Notes: generated by a model not told the origin, from the letters alone. Shown: positions 38,026 through 48,667, counted from the stretch's first letter. The stretch: 64,000 bases of DNA from Oligoflexus sp. (GCA_014378195.1 JACMOC010000083.1:68149-132148); one strand, 5' to 3'. Translations and numbers: made by a program.

Positions 38026-38577
38026 TTAAAAGGAATTATGAAGTTCCAAAAAACCTTCGAGTTCCTTAACGTCGTCGATCTTCGCATTCAACTTCCGGTA
38101 GACAAGCCACCCATAACGGTCCGATGCATAAATCGAAGGCAAATCAGGCTGATGGAAGTCCTCGAGAACTTTCGCTGTGCCAAGAAATGAAGAGGGCGTA
38201 ACTTTGTGAAAGGACGCAAATGCCTGCGCATCCGGTGCGGTGTCGTGCGCAAAAACAAAAATTACATCTGTATAGGCATTTTCATACTGAAGCGCGATCC
38301 GTTTAAAATCGCTCATAAGCTGCTGGCAGGGAATACACCACGAGGCCACAAAAACGGTGATTAGGACGCGCCCTTTGATTGCAATGCGAGGAGCGAGAGG
38401 TTCTCCACTCAGCGATTTTAAGGTTAGGGCTGGGAACGCTATCCAGCTGTGGGCATATTTGTCGGTAACACGCGCGGCTACAGCCGCACCGGCCGCACTG
38501 CCATGCGCGGGTTCGTTAGCCCGAGCGTTGACTGATCCTAGGAGAAAGGTCATGATGATGAGAATTTTAAAGGACAA
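38026..38577 (-). CDS. TlpA-like thioredoxin-fold protein
   Basis: Signal peptide; ASWCIPC; LPS cis-Pro loop. Confidence 0.8.
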   Translation of the reverse strand: MSFKILIIMTFLLGSVNARANEPAHGSAAGAAVAARVTDKYAHSWIAFPALTLKSLSGEPLAPRIAIKGRVLITVFVASWCIPCQQLMSDFKRIALQYENAYTDVIFVFAHDTAPDAQAFASFHKVTPSSFLGTAKVLEDFHQPDLPSIYASDRYGWLVYRKLNAKIDDVKELEGFLELHNSF

Positions 38578-38651
38578 GTGGGGCCCCTCCGCGGGTCAAT
38601 GTGGCCTTTGAGTCCTATTCTATCATGATTGAGCCTTGGGAGTGAATCCAG

Positions 38652-39881
38652 GTGGAAACAACAGCAGAGACCCTTGCGAACCTGTGGAGCTTCAATTGGG
38701 GCGCCATGGAGGTCTTGATTGGCGGCAAGTCTTCCATCGATCTGACTGAGCTTGAAATTCGCGATCGTACGGATGCTTCGGAGTTTCTTCGATACTATGG
38801 CTATGATCCCGAAAACCCCCAAGACGCGCAAAAGATACATTCGGTTATCTGCGAATCATGGAATTTTATCGAAAAATATTTGATGCCGGCCGAATGGCTA
38901 GCCGGACGACGTCCTCCGGATGATTTGCTGATGGCCGATGATGCTTGCGTCATACTACTCGCAGCTTCCGATCGACGTCCGGAGTGTGCCTTGCGGCAAG
39001 CCTGGGCCTGCGCGGTTTTGAGAGTCATGCACACCCTTGCGCATATCGATGGCGTGGCAAAATTTGCCGACGTCGAGGCCGCGCGCACGCAGATCATGAA
39101 TCGTTTTTTAAAATATATTTTTCGAAACGGCGAAGGCCAGCTTTGTTTTGGCAGTCGCGAAACCTCCGTCCAGCTCGATCGGATCGAGTGGAAGCTCCGT
39201 AAGTCGAGGGAGTCTATCTTATTGAAACTTCTGCATAAAAAAGCCAACGTGGCCGAGACGATTTACGATCTTCTAGGGATGCGTATCATCACGAAAAATC
39301 TCTCTGATGTGATGGTTGTCGTGAAGTTCCTAAGGGAGTTTCACATGGTCTCGTTTCCGAACTGCAACCCGGCGCGTGCGCGGAATTCGCTGATCGACAT
39401 CGAAGGCTTTAAGCATAATGTTGATATGCTGAGAGAAATGCTGGAAGAGGGGCGAATCCAGCCGCATGAATTTACAAATATCCTGCAGGGTTTGACCAAA
39501 CCCATCAGTCTCGGCAATCACGTCAACCCTCATACGGCGAAAGATTACCGGGCGGTTCAGCTGACCTGTCGCCAATTGATCCGCTATCCGAACCCGTCGC
39601 TTCAGTGGCAGGAAAAGATGAACCGATTTATAGCCGACGGGAAAAGCAGTCCAGTGATGATGCGGGTGTGCGAAGAGATCTTGCTCATGGCAGCCACCGA
39701 CGAACGTGTGATCGAAGGCTTTTTTCCCTTCGAACTTCAGGTTATGGACGAAGAATCGGCTACTCAGAATGCAGTTGGGGATGCTTCGCACGATCGTTAT
39801 AAACAATCGCAGGTTAAAGCGGCGCGTCGACGGGTTCTCCATCGCGTTTTGACTTTGAACGATACGATTCGGCTGGCTTAA
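38652..39881 (+). CDS. TIGR04562/TIGR04552-like protein with RelA/SpoT nucleotidyltransferase-like motifs
   Basis: GG.S.ID, FL..YGYD, KSRESILLKLLHK, IYDLLGMRII, YRAVQ.TCRQLI, FFPFELQ, SHDRYK. Confidence 0.75.
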   Translation: METTAETLANLWSFNWGAMEVLIGGKSSIDLTELEIRDRTDASEFLRYYGYDPENPQDAQKIHSVICESWNFIEKYLMPAEWLAGRRPPDDLLMADDACVILLAASDRRPECALRQAWACAVLRVMHTLAHIDGVAKFADVEAARTQIMNRFLKYIFRNGEGQLCFGSRETSVQLDRIEWKLRKSRESILLKLLHKKANVAETIYDLLGMRIITKNLSDVMVVVKFLREFHMVSFPNCNPARARNSLIDIEGFKHNVDMLREMLEEGRIQPHEFTNILQGLTKPISLGNHVNPHTAKDYRAVQLTCRQLIRYPNPSLQWQEKMNRFIADGKSSPVMMRVCEEILLMAATDERVIEGFFPFELQVMDEESATQNAVGDASHDRYKQSQVKAARRRVLHRVLTLNDTIRLA

Positions 39882-41158
39882 GCTTGAAAGCGCCCCTGAA
39901 AAGTGGGTTTGTTCCACCTTTGAGATGTATAGACTCCACCATTGCCGCTACAAAAATACGCTATAAAACACGCACAGAAAAAATAGGGCGCAAACTCAAA
40001 ACCAAAGAGTTCTGCGCCCATGATCGTTCCAGCCAGCGGTGTATTTGTCGCGGCTGCAAACACGGCGACCAAACCTAGACCCGCAATCAGGTCAAGGGGT
40101 AGCCCGAGGGTTTGTGCAAGGGCTGCCCCCAGACACGCGCCGATAAAAAACAGAGGCGTGGCTTCGCCGCCTTTAAATCCTGAGCTGAGGGTGATAGCTG
40201 TGAAAATAAACTTCCAGAGCCAGCTCCAGGCCGTCACGCCTCCTGACAGGAAGGCTTTTATTATAGAAGGCGCAAGGGGATCGGGATTGGTTATGCCGAG
40301 CCCTAAAAATGCACGAGAATCAAGCGTATACGTGAGCGTGATGATAAGGATTCCGCCGAGTAGCGGGCTCATCCAGTACGCGGGCAGAAGACGATTCCAG
40401 AACCGCTTCAAACCGTGGGTCGCTTCGGCAAAGGCTCGACTGCAGAGCCCGAAGAGAATAGCCGCCATACCTATTTTCAGAAAAATTGTTGCATAAAAAT
40501 GGACGGTATCCAGCTCGGGTGGAATCGAAACGATGCGGTATAGGGTGTGATGAATAGACCAAAGCTTGCACACAGAGTCGGCAAGCAGGCTTGCGAACAG
40601 TATTGGAATAAAGCTACGGGCTCGTGTCCGAAGAACGCCGACGACTTCAAGTGCGAAAAACGCGCCGGCAAACGGTGTTCCAAATACGGCTCCAAATCCT
40701 GCACTCATGCCGCAAAGAATAAGAAGCGCGCGTCCGTTCGCAGTGAGTTTGAAAACGCTGCAAAAGGACTGCGCAATGCTGCCGCCGATTTGAACAGCAG
40801 TTCCTTCTCGACCGGCGGATCCACCGAAAAGGTGTGTGATAAGGGTGGCAAAGAAAATATAGGGAGCAAGACGTTTCGGCACCTTCTCTTCATCCTGATT
40901 CAAATCCTCGATGAGTAGATCATTGCCAGAATCGGATCCTTTGCCGAATTTTTTGGTGAGAATAGCGAGGAGCATGCCAGCGAAAGGAAGCCCGAAGAGC
41001 AGGGCAGGGTGTTGCCACTGGGTTATGGTGGCAGTTTCGAGAAGGTGGAGAAACAGCGCTATGACACTTCCGGTCACTGCAGATAAAAGTGTCAGAAGCA
41101 AGAGCCAGAACGCGCCCGTACTAAGGGAATTTTTTATAAATCGGAAGCTTGATTGCAT
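39878..41158 (-). CDS. CLC family anion channel/antiporter, CLC-F (fluoride)-like clade
   Basis: GNDLL, GGSAGREGT, FGTP, GGEATPLF, NTP. Confidence 0.88.
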   Translation of the reverse strand: MQSSFRFIKNSLSTGAFWLLLLTLLSAVTGSVIALFLHLLETATITQWQHPALLFGLPFAGMLLAILTKKFGKGSDSGNDLLIEDLNQDEEKVPKRLAPYIFFATLITHLFGGSAGREGTAVQIGGSIAQSFCSVFKLTANGRALLILCGMSAGFGAVFGTPFAGAFFALEVVGVLRTRARSFIPILFASLLADSVCKLWSIHHTLYRIVSIPPELDTVHFYATIFLKIGMAAILFGLCSRAFAEATHGLKRFWNRLLPAYWMSPLLGGILIITLTYTLDSRAFLGLGITNPDPLAPSIIKAFLSGGVTAWSWLWKFIFTAITLSSGFKGGEATPLFFIGACLGAALAQTLGLPLDLIAGLGLVAVFAAATNTPLAGTIMGAELFGFEFAPYFFCACFIAYFCSGNGGVYTSQRWNKPTFQGRFQA

Positions 41159-41392
41159 CGCATTCCCATTTTGAGGCCGGGCTCATTGTAACACGGCTTA
41201 TTCGAGATGATGAGTCGGTCAATAACTGCGGCGGCAACGACAATTATAAGGCCCAGTGGGCCATCATTTGCAAAAATTATTCACTTAAATGGGAGCTAGT
41301 GCGACCTATTTAATCCTGTGGAATTAAAAGCCGAATGTACATTTATTTATATAAGCCTAATAGCCTTGGCACCAGCAAAAAATCTGTCCGGG

Positions 41393-41419
41393 TAAGTTTT
41401 TGTTCCCCTCCGCCGATAC
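41393..41419 (+). promoter_or_regulatory. Putative sigma-28 promoter
   Basis: TAAGTTTT-N11-GCCGATAC upstream of the CHASE2 gene. Confidence 0.65.
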
Positions 41420-41464
41420 CGTGTATGGATTTTAACGACGCAATTTTGAGGGTTTCACCCAAAG

Positions 41465-42793
41465 ATGGTAGCTGATCGCAAACCAAGATCGATATTCCTA
41501 GACGGACGCTCTTGGCCGCTCTTTCACCTTATCGCGAGCCTATTTCTGGTGATGCTTTTTGCATTGCACTGGTTTGGCCTCGATGCGGTTTTTGATACGC
41601 GGATCAGTTCGCCTATACTGTTTCAAGTGCGGGAAATGGTGGGCCGCACTCAGGACCTCAACCCACGGGTCAAGATTCTTGCACTCGACGACAGTACGTT
41701 TTCCTATCTCGGTGGTCCGCGCCTCAGTTACGATCAGCTTGAAGCTCTCCTCAGAAACATCGCAGCGCGCAAACCCAAGGCGATACTGATCGATAGCCTA
41801 CTGGCCGATACTCCATTCATTCCCACCAAGATTACGACCCAAGAAGTCGATATTCCGGTATATTCTGGCAGTTTCATGTCGGGTATGGAAGTCCAGTACC
41901 GTTTGCCCTCGGAGCTCAAGTTGGACGTCTACAAACCGCAGACGTATCTTCATGATGTCTACAGCGTCGATCATCTTAACTACAAAATTGATTCTCACGA
42001 AGGTTGGTACATTTACGGCCACTCTCATACGTACGATCATTTGATTCGCGGCGTTGGCCACATCACATTTAACTCTGACGCGACGATTTCGCCCTTTTTC
42101 CTTCTAGGCGAAAAAACCCTGATTCCTCATCTGAGTCTATTCGCTGCGGATTCGATACAAATGACCGAAAAGAAGCTGCTCATAGATGGCCATGTCGTGC
42201 CTTTGACACGTGACGGTCGTGTCATGATCAATCACAGGAACCCCAACTCCTTTTATAAACGTGCGGCGCCGCTTAAATTTGCTATTCAAAGGGCTCTCAA
42301 TCACGAGGTGGAGAGCAAGGTCAATGAGGGAGACGTTGTCGTCATACTTTTTGCTTTTGCCACAGGCAACACCGACTTTCATGAAGGGGGGCCTTTCGGA
42401 CCGATGCCGGGCGGCATGATAATCGCGTCGATGGTTTCCGACGTCTTAGATGGTACTTGGCTCACGAAGTGGGAAACGGACGGTCTGCTTATCGTGATCT
42501 TCGGTTTTTTTGGAATAATCGTCGGTATCAACCTTTCGATCAGACGCTACCTCCTGGCCCTCATCGGAGTCTGGAGTTTCTATACGATTTTTGTTGTCGC
42601 TTGTTTTATCTACGGAGCCATATGGTGCCCTTGGGCGATGCCGATGCTTGCTTTTACTGGCACGAGCCTGATTCACTTCGTACATGTCCGAATCTATGAA
42701 GAAATGAAGTTGATGTTGATCGAACGTAACTATCAGCTCGAAAAGGCGAAACGTCTCGAGCGTACACACGGCGGCGGGCGCCGCATCTCCTGA
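41465..42793 (+). CDS. CHASE2 sensor-domain protein with no output domain
   Basis: N-terminal TM, VKILALDD.T, PKAILID, D.H..PFG.MPG..I.A, three C-terminal TM, then only a short tail. Confidence 0.75.
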   Translation: MVADRKPRSIFLDGRSWPLFHLIASLFLVMLFALHWFGLDAVFDTRISSPILFQVREMVGRTQDLNPRVKILALDDSTFSYLGGPRLSYDQLEALLRNIAARKPKAILIDSLLADTPFIPTKITTQEVDIPVYSGSFMSGMEVQYRLPSELKLDVYKPQTYLHDVYSVDHLNYKIDSHEGWYIYGHSHTYDHLIRGVGHITFNSDATISPFFLLGEKTLIPHLSLFAADSIQMTEKKLLIDGHVVPLTRDGRVMINHRNPNSFYKRAAPLKFAIQRALNHEVESKVNEGDVVVILFAFATGNTDFHEGGPFGPMPGGMIIASMVSDVLDGTWLTKWETDGLLIVIFGFFGIIVGINLSIRRYLLALIGVWSFYTIFVVACFIYGAIWCPWAMPMLAFTGTSLIHFVHVRIYEEMKLMLIERNYQLEKAKRLERTHGGGRRIS

Positions 42794-42893
42794 TTCATCT
42801 TTCCCTCGTCATATCGAAAGACTAGACTTGAAATATTCTCAAACTTCGGCCTAATGGTTAAGTGTTCAAACCATTTCGCTCCGGAGAGCCGCC

Positions 42894-43433
42894 ATGATAT
42901 TCCGCTGGTCTTACGTCTTTCTCCTGCTTTTATCTGGGGTGTGTGGAACGTCTTGTATCCACGACACCGCAAAATCTGCTCCGGCTCCCGCGTTAAGTGT
43001 CGCGACCGAAAACCAATGCGAAAAAGTAAGTCAGATCATTTGTACCCGCGAATATATGCCCGCAGTCTGCATATTTGCGAATCAGAACTTTTCCGGAAGC
43101 AATCCCTGCGAGGCAAAGAAGCTGGCGCGTGATTTTGCCTGCAAAACGAAGGTGGAGTTTAAGGAGGATCAGTTCAGGTGCGAGAACAAGGGTAAGCTGA
43201 CGGTAAGGAGCGAATGTGACGTCGGCTCTGAGCACAAAGGATGCACACGCGAATTCAAACCCTCAGTTTGTCGATTCGGTGGTCTTGAAGCGCAGGGTAA
43301 TAATCGCTGCGAAGCGCTGAACGCTTTGCGTGTCAAAGCTTGCGCCAAGAAAACGGCCTTTGTGTCAGCCGAGGCTGTTTGTGAAGCGAGTAGTCCTGAA
43401 GCAGCAGCAAAGAAGATTCGGAGTTATCCATGA
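42894..43433 (+). CDS. Secreted protein or lipoprotein with two Kazal-like repeats
   Basis: CTREYMPAVC...SNPCEA and CTREFKPSVC...NNRCEA. Confidence 0.7.
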   Translation: MIFRWSYVFLLLLSGVCGTSCIHDTAKSAPAPALSVATENQCEKVSQIICTREYMPAVCIFANQNFSGSNPCEAKKLARDFACKTKVEFKEDQFRCENKGKLTVRSECDVGSEHKGCTREFKPSVCRFGGLEAQGNNRCEALNALRVKACAKKTAFVSAEAVCEASSPEAAAKKIRSYP

Positions 43434-44380
43434 AGGGTTGGTTTCTCGGAGCTTACGCGGGCTACGCATCGTTCGCTGCTAAAACAGCGGATACGGATGC
43501 CGCCTACATGCAAGGTCTTCAAGAACTCCCGCACCTCGCCGGACTGGAATTGCCTTTTTATAGCGATCTTAGCGAGACAGCAAGCGACAGGTATTTGAGA
43601 ACACTGCCAAAGCACTGGGATTATGTCCTCACACTCTTACCAGGGACGATGCAGAGCCTTGCCAATCAACCCGACTTTGGTCTCGCTTCACCGCAGCCTG
43701 AAGGTCGTAAAGCCGCGATGAGCCGCATGACGCTAGTTCATCGGCGCCTTCATGAAATCAACGCACGCTGCGGTCGACAAGCCGTTCAAGCGATCGAAGT
43801 CCATTCCGCACCGAGCGGACCTCAAGGTTCGACCGAAGCACTTTATCGCTCTTTCGAAGAATTAAGTGCCTGGGATTGGCAGGGTGCGCGCCTAATGCTC
43901 GAGCATTGCGATGCCTGGAAGCCAAATGGAACAAGCGTGAAAGGCTTTTTGCCTTTACACGATGAGCTCGGCGTCTTGAAACAGCTTGATGAGCGAGTGA
44001 CCATGAGTTTAAATTGGGGCCGGTCTGCCCTCGAAGCCCAGAGTGGGGACGAACCCTTAAATCACATTAAAAAAGCTCAGGATTCCGGCTTGCTGGGTGC
44101 CTTCTTTTTTTCAGGCACGGCCTTGAATGATCCTCTTTATGGTTCGTGGACCGATAGCCATGTTCCGCTCAGACTTCCTGATCCAGCCCCCTGGCAGGCA
44201 AGTCAAGGGCTCCTGACGCCGGCGGTCGTGACAGGTGTGTGTCGAGTATTACAGGCAAGTCCCTATATACTCTGGGGAATTAAGGTTCAGCCAGCACCGG
44301 CGTCGCTTTCTGTGGCTGAGCGTTTGGACTTTCTTGCACAGCAGATTCTAGGTTTTGAGCAGGCGCGCCTTGCCGTTTGA
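43430..44380 (+). CDS. DUF4862 (YiaX1)-like TIM-barrel protein
   Basis: GAY, GLELP, FGLAS...GR, EVHSAP, EHCDA, KGFL, NWGRSALE, FSG, W.D.H. Confidence 0.75.
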   Translation: MKGWFLGAYAGYASFAAKTADTDAAYMQGLQELPHLAGLELPFYSDLSETASDRYLRTLPKHWDYVLTLLPGTMQSLANQPDFGLASPQPEGRKAAMSRMTLVHRRLHEINARCGRQAVQAIEVHSAPSGPQGSTEALYRSFEELSAWDWQGARLMLEHCDAWKPNGTSVKGFLPLHDELGVLKQLDERVTMSLNWGRSALEAQSGDEPLNHIKKAQDSGLLGAFFFSGTALNDPLYGSWTDSHVPLRLPDPAPWQASQGLLTPAVVTGVCRVLQASPYILWGIKVQPAPASLSVAERLDFLAQQILGFEQARLAV

Positions 44381-44439
44381 TTGCGATGTCCCTGGCTCCG
44401 TGCTAATTTCCACGACTTAAAGTTCGTGGGAGTTGAGCC

Positions 44440-45246
44440 ATGTCTCTAGAGAAGATACGCAAATTAACAGTGGCCGCCATCAGCACCTACGATTTGATCA
44501 AAGCCGGTGATCGCGTGATGGTCGCGGTCTCCGGTGGCAAAGATTCGGCCGTAATGCTCGTCGTTCTCGATGCGATCCGAAAACGCGCGCCTTATCCTTT
44601 CACTCTGCATCCTGTCCTTCTCGACCAAAAACAACCGGGCTTCGCCGTGGATGCGTTTCGCGAATGGGTGGCAACTCAGGGTTATGAACTCACGGTACTT
44701 GAAGAAGATACATATTCAATCGTTTTAGATAAAACGGATGAAGGCAAAAGTTACTGCGGATTGTGCTCCCGGCTGAGACGCGGAATTCTCTACAATCATG
44801 CGGATAAAATGGGCTACCAAAAGATCGCTCTGGGCCACCATCGCGATGACCTCAATACGACGCTTTTGATGAATCTCTTTTTTAACGGCCGCATTGCGAG
44901 TATGCCTCCCAAACTTAAATCCGACGATGGTCGCAATGTCGTGATCAGGCCGCTAGCATTTGTGCCTGAAGATGATATCAAGGCCGCATCATCGGCTCTT
45001 AAAGTGCCTATCATTCCCTGTAATCTCTGCAGTTCGAATGGCAACATGCAAAGGGCGCGTATCAAAAAACTCATCAAGGACATGGAAACCGAGCACCCGC
45101 ATATGGCTTTGAGCCTGCTTAAATCGCAGCAGAATATTCGGGCGTCGCAGTTGCTGGATAAAAGTCATTGGGCTTTTGAAAAACTGGAAGACTGCGAGTT
45201 GTCCGGCTCGTTTGCTGAGGAAGAGTCGTCGATCCTTAGTGTGTAG
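44440..45246 (+). CDS. ttcA: tRNA 2-thiocytidine(32) synthetase
   Basis: SGGKDS, LDQKQPGF, CGLCSRLRRG, GHHRDD, MPPKL, IRPL, PCNLC. Confidence 0.95.
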   Translation: MSLEKIRKLTVAAISTYDLIKAGDRVMVAVSGGKDSAVMLVVLDAIRKRAPYPFTLHPVLLDQKQPGFAVDAFREWVATQGYELTVLEEDTYSIVLDKTDEGKSYCGLCSRLRRGILYNHADKMGYQKIALGHHRDDLNTTLLMNLFFNGRIASMPPKLKSDDGRNVVIRPLAFVPEDDIKAASSALKVPIIPCNLCSSNGNMQRARIKKLIKDMETEHPHMALSLLKSQQNIRASQLLDKSHWAFEKLEDCELSGSFAEEESSILSV

Positions 45247-46546
45247 CTTTTGAAGGTTGACGCACAGCGGGCCAGGGCGTGGGAAAGACCGTGGGATCAA
45301 AGTCAAATACATCACCGATTTTTACCTGCTTTTGGCTTTTGCGGACAAAGACGATAGCGCCTTCCTTAATCGCAAAACCACGCGGGGATTTCAGGCCCAG
45401 ACCCGCTCCATAAAATCCGACGACATGACCCTTCACGAAGCGACCTCCCTCCTCAAAATAGACCCGATCATTCATATCGAGGCCCCATGCGCGGCCACGA
45501 TCGAGGTAGACCCAGGCTCGATCGATTTTTGCGACCTGAGGTTTATCATTGCTTAGGAGTTCGCTCCGGAAGTCCTTGAGTGTCTGGGTAAAGGTAAGAG
45601 GAATACTGATGCGGTTTTCGGCTGGCATGAGTTCGAAGGTCATCGATCCCCTTGGCGTAAATTGACTGCCGAGAACCGATTCGCTGCTGCGGAGCAGAGC
45701 GGACAGCTGAGGACCTTTGGGATCGCGTCCCCAATCGAGCAGAAAGGTACGCGTGCTCCGTTTAGGCTGCGATGTTGGGCTTAGAAGCTGCCGTAAGCGG
45801 TACCCTTCCAAAAGGTCGAGCGGGGTAGGAACCATCATTGTTTTTTGTAATTCGTGCGCGACCAGCATATTGAAACATTCATGAGTGCCCTCAATACTGT
45901 TGTGACTGCTGCGGAGCAAGGTGAAGTCGACCTTAAAAGCCAGAGCCTCCGTATCCGCGCCCCGAATCGCTGCAGCCAGGTCTTGAGCCCATGGGGCCCC
46001 AATGGCGAGGGGGGCAGCTGGACTGTCCCACGCGGTTTTGGGTGTGAACTGTTGTTTGCTGGCAATCAAAGCATTATCGCTCAAAGTGACGAGTTCGGTG
46101 GCGACGACGATTGATTCACCAGCCAGGCAGAGGACGGGTACGAGATAGGAGGGGCCTGGAACAGAAAATGTCGGTTTGCCAGAAGCGACGGGATGGATAC
46201 TGTGTTTGAGATTGAGAGGAAGTATCTGTCCTTGTTTTTCGAGCAACTGGTCTAAGGGCTGAGACTCCGTCAAAAGGCTCTGTTTGAGTTGTTGATAAAG
46301 AGCTGCGAGCTTTGTTTTGTTCCGCGTCGCAAATTCGTTATCAACTCCGATGAGTTGCCAGGGTAAGACGCTTAGCTCAGGGACGATCGTTTCAGCAAAG
46401 GCTTGGTGCGCATGGGAAAGAGTAAAAATTAAGCAGGAAAACCAAGTCAGGAGTGGTTTTGAAAATAACTTTCCATTTTGGGTTTGCTTCCCCGCCCAAT
46501 AACGATTACAAAATGTAAGGGCCATGCAAATGTATGGCTTAATCAT
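45236..46546 (-). CDS. Hypothetical secreted protein with FlgT-C-like C-terminal domain
   Basis: Start taken at ATG 46546 (GGAG); signal-like segment ending AFA; VAKIDRAWVYLDRGRAWGL..ND. Confidence 0.6.
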   Translation of the reverse strand: MIKPYICMALTFCNRYWAGKQTQNGKLFSKPLLTWFSCLIFTLSHAHQAFAETIVPELSVLPWQLIGVDNEFATRNKTKLAALYQQLKQSLLTESQPLDQLLEKQGQILPLNLKHSIHPVASGKPTFSVPGPSYLVPVLCLAGESIVVATELVTLSDNALIASKQQFTPKTAWDSPAAPLAIGAPWAQDLAAAIRGADTEALAFKVDFTLLRSSHNSIEGTHECFNMLVAHELQKTMMVPTPLDLLEGYRLRQLLSPTSQPKRSTRTFLLDWGRDPKGPQLSALLRSSESVLGSQFTPRGSMTFELMPAENRISIPLTFTQTLKDFRSELLSNDKPQVAKIDRAWVYLDRGRAWGLDMNDRVYFEEGGRFVKGHVVGFYGAGLGLKSPRGFAIKEGAIVFVRKSQKQVKIGDVFDFDPTVFPTPWPAVRQPSKATH

Positions 46547-46642
46547 CTTCTCCGTTATGAGCCCCACGAATGACATGAATGTCTCTTCATCTAAAAGCGA
46601 GAGTTCTGAATGAGAGGCTTTAAGCGTTTGCCTTCTTGGTCT

Positions 46643-46669
46643 TTATCGGCAGCTTTGCTTCGACAATGA
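46643..46669 (-). promoter_or_regulatory. Putative sigma-28 promoter
   Basis: TCATTGTC-N11-GCCGATAA. Confidence 0.5.
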
Positions 46670-46758
46670 AGGGCAGACACAGAAAGCTTTTTCGGGCATA
46701 ATTCAGGACAAGTTTCTCGATTTTATAAAAGCACAAGAACTTGCTATAAGGACATAGC

Positions 46759-47484
46759 TTGCATCCTCTTAAAGAACTCGCACGTGGAAGTAAGGCTTAT
46801 TGGAGAGGTGTTGTCTGGCTCAAAGAGCATCCTTTTTATATTTTGCTTCTGCTTGTACCAAGCTTTCTGGGCCTCATTGGTGTGGTCGGGGCGGGGCTTT
46901 TATTCCTCAAATATCATTCCGCTCTTTTGAGTTTCTTTTTGTTTGAACCAGGACAGAGCTGGTGGTGGGTCATCTTGTACTATGCGGCTTTGCTTCTTTT
47001 TCATGTTACTGCTTTGATTGCCATTCTGCTTGTCGGCCTTATTGTAAGTAACGTCATCGCTTCGCCTTTGTATGAAAGAATCTCTCAGGCGATCGAAGAT
47101 GATATGTTTCCGGGAATACGTGTTGAGTTATCGTTTTGGCAGTCTTTTCGCGGTGTACCCGAAGAGTTCAAAAAAATGGTACTTATAGGGATTTTGTCTC
47201 TGGCGCTTTTTCTTGTGCCGGGCCTTAATGTTTTAGCCCTCTTAGGGACTGCTTTTCTCGTCTCTTGGGATTTTTATGACTATCCTTTGGCTCGACGTGG
47301 ACTCAGCTTTGCTGAACGTTTGCAGCTTGCTCGAAGCGATGTTTGGGCTATGTTAGGGATGAGTCTTTGGTTTCTGATCCCTTTTGTTCAGGTAATACTC
47401 GTACCGATGGCTGTTGTTGGCGGGACTCTATTGAGTCTCGAAAAGCTTGGGCACTCAGCTAAACCGGTCACGTTTACGTTATAA
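46759..47484 (+). CDS. EI24/CysZ-domain membrane protein
   Basis: [34 protein letters not shown]. Confidence 0.8.
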   Translation: MHPLKELARGSKAYWRGVVWLKEHPFYILLLLVPSFLGLIGVVGAGLLFLKYHSALLSFFLFEPGQSWWWVILYYAALLLFHVTALIAILLVGLIVSNVIASPLYERISQAIEDDMFPGIRVELSFWQSFRGVPEEFKKMVLIGILSLALFLVPGLNVLALLGTAFLVSWDFYDYPLARRGLSFAERLQLARSDVWAMLGMSLWFLIPFVQVILVPMAVVGGTLLSLEKLGHSAKPVTFTL

Positions 47485-47545
47485 GTATTTATATTATTTA
47501 AAGTATTGGAAATTGATTCCAATCACCAATCTGGAGAACGTGTCT

Positions 47546-48643
47546 ATGGGTTTTGAAAACGTAGCGGAGCGCACAAAAGCGATTGATGCGGCAGTCAGCT
47601 CCATAGAGAAGCAGTTCGGTAAAGGCGCCATCATGCGCCTTGGCACTGCTGAACAGGAAGCTAACAAAGTCGAAGCAATTTCGACGGGCTCGATCTCCCT
47701 TGACGCTGCTCTTGGAATCGGCGGGATTCCTCGCGGTCGTATTGTTGAGATTTACGGACCAGAGGCGAGTGGTAAAACCACTTTGACTCTTCATATCGCA
47801 GCAGAAGTTCAAAAAGCTGGCGGTGTGGCTGCTTTTGTTGATGCAGAACATGCTCTCGATACTTCTTACGCCAAACGTATCGGCGTAAATCTCGAAGAGC
47901 TCCTTGTTTCGCAACCTGATACGGGTGAGCAGGCGCTTGAGATCGTTGACATGCTGGTGCGCAGTGACGCTGTCAGTATCGTTATTGTCGACTCTGTAGC
48001 TGCTTTGACGCCTAAGGCTGAGATCGAAGGCGAGATGGGTGATATGCACGTTGGTCTCCAGGCGCGTCTGATGTCGCAAGCTCTGCGTAAATTGACCGCT
48101 TCTGTCGCACGCTCTAACTGTACTGTCGTCTTCATCAACCAGATTCGTATGAAGATCGGTGTCATGTTTGGTAGCCCAGAGACAACGACTGGTGGTAACG
48201 CCCTCAAGTTTTACTCTTCGGTTCGTCTCGACATTCGTCGCGTGGCTTCTATCAAGCAAGGCGACGAAGTTATCGGTAACCATGTGCGCGTAAAAGTTGT
48301 TAAAAACAAAGTTTCTGCTCCATTCCGCGAAGCTGAGTTTGATATCATGTTTGGTCAAGGCATCTCAAAAATCGGTGACCTCATCGATTTGGCTTCGACT
48401 CATGAGATCATCAGTAAAACGGGTGCTTGGTTCTCTTATAAAGAACAACGTCTTGGTCAAGGCCGTGAAAAAGCCAAGGAGTTCCTGGAGTCCAACCCTG
48501 AGGTCCTCGCGACTATCGAGTTTGAACTCAAAACCAAACTTGGTTTTGGTCTCGAGAAAGTTACGACGGATAAGACAATCAACGCCGCTCCTGAACGTTC
48601 GGAGAACAAACCTGCTCGTAAAAAAGCAGCCGATAAAGAGTAA
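47546..48643 (+). CDS. recA: Recombinase RecA
   Basis: [55 protein letters not shown]; start ATG 47546 after GGAG. Confidence 0.99.
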   Translation: MGFENVAERTKAIDAAVSSIEKQFGKGAIMRLGTAEQEANKVEAISTGSISLDAALGIGGIPRGRIVEIYGPEASGKTTLTLHIAAEVQKAGGVAAFVDAEHALDTSYAKRIGVNLEELLVSQPDTGEQALEIVDMLVRSDAVSIVIVDSVAALTPKAEIEGEMGDMHVGLQARLMSQALRKLTASVARSNCTVVFINQIRMKIGVMFGSPETTTGGNALKFYSSVRLDIRRVASIKQGDEVIGNHVRVKVVKNKVSAPFREAEFDIMFGQGISKIGDLIDLASTHEIISKTGAWFSYKEQRLGQGREKAKEFLESNPEVLATIEFELKTKLGFGLEKVTTDKTINAAPERSENKPARKKAADKE

Positions 48644-48667
48644 CGGTAAGAATGGGGGCGCAAATAC

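Noticed and set aside
47485-47545. LexA box upstream of recA
   Set aside because: AT-rich, but no palindrome matching a LexA consensus I know
47498-48358. Long antisense ORF over recA (likewise 4823..5683, 16207..17100, 19641..20306)
   Set aside because: Shadow ORFs produced by codon bias of the sense gene; no motifs
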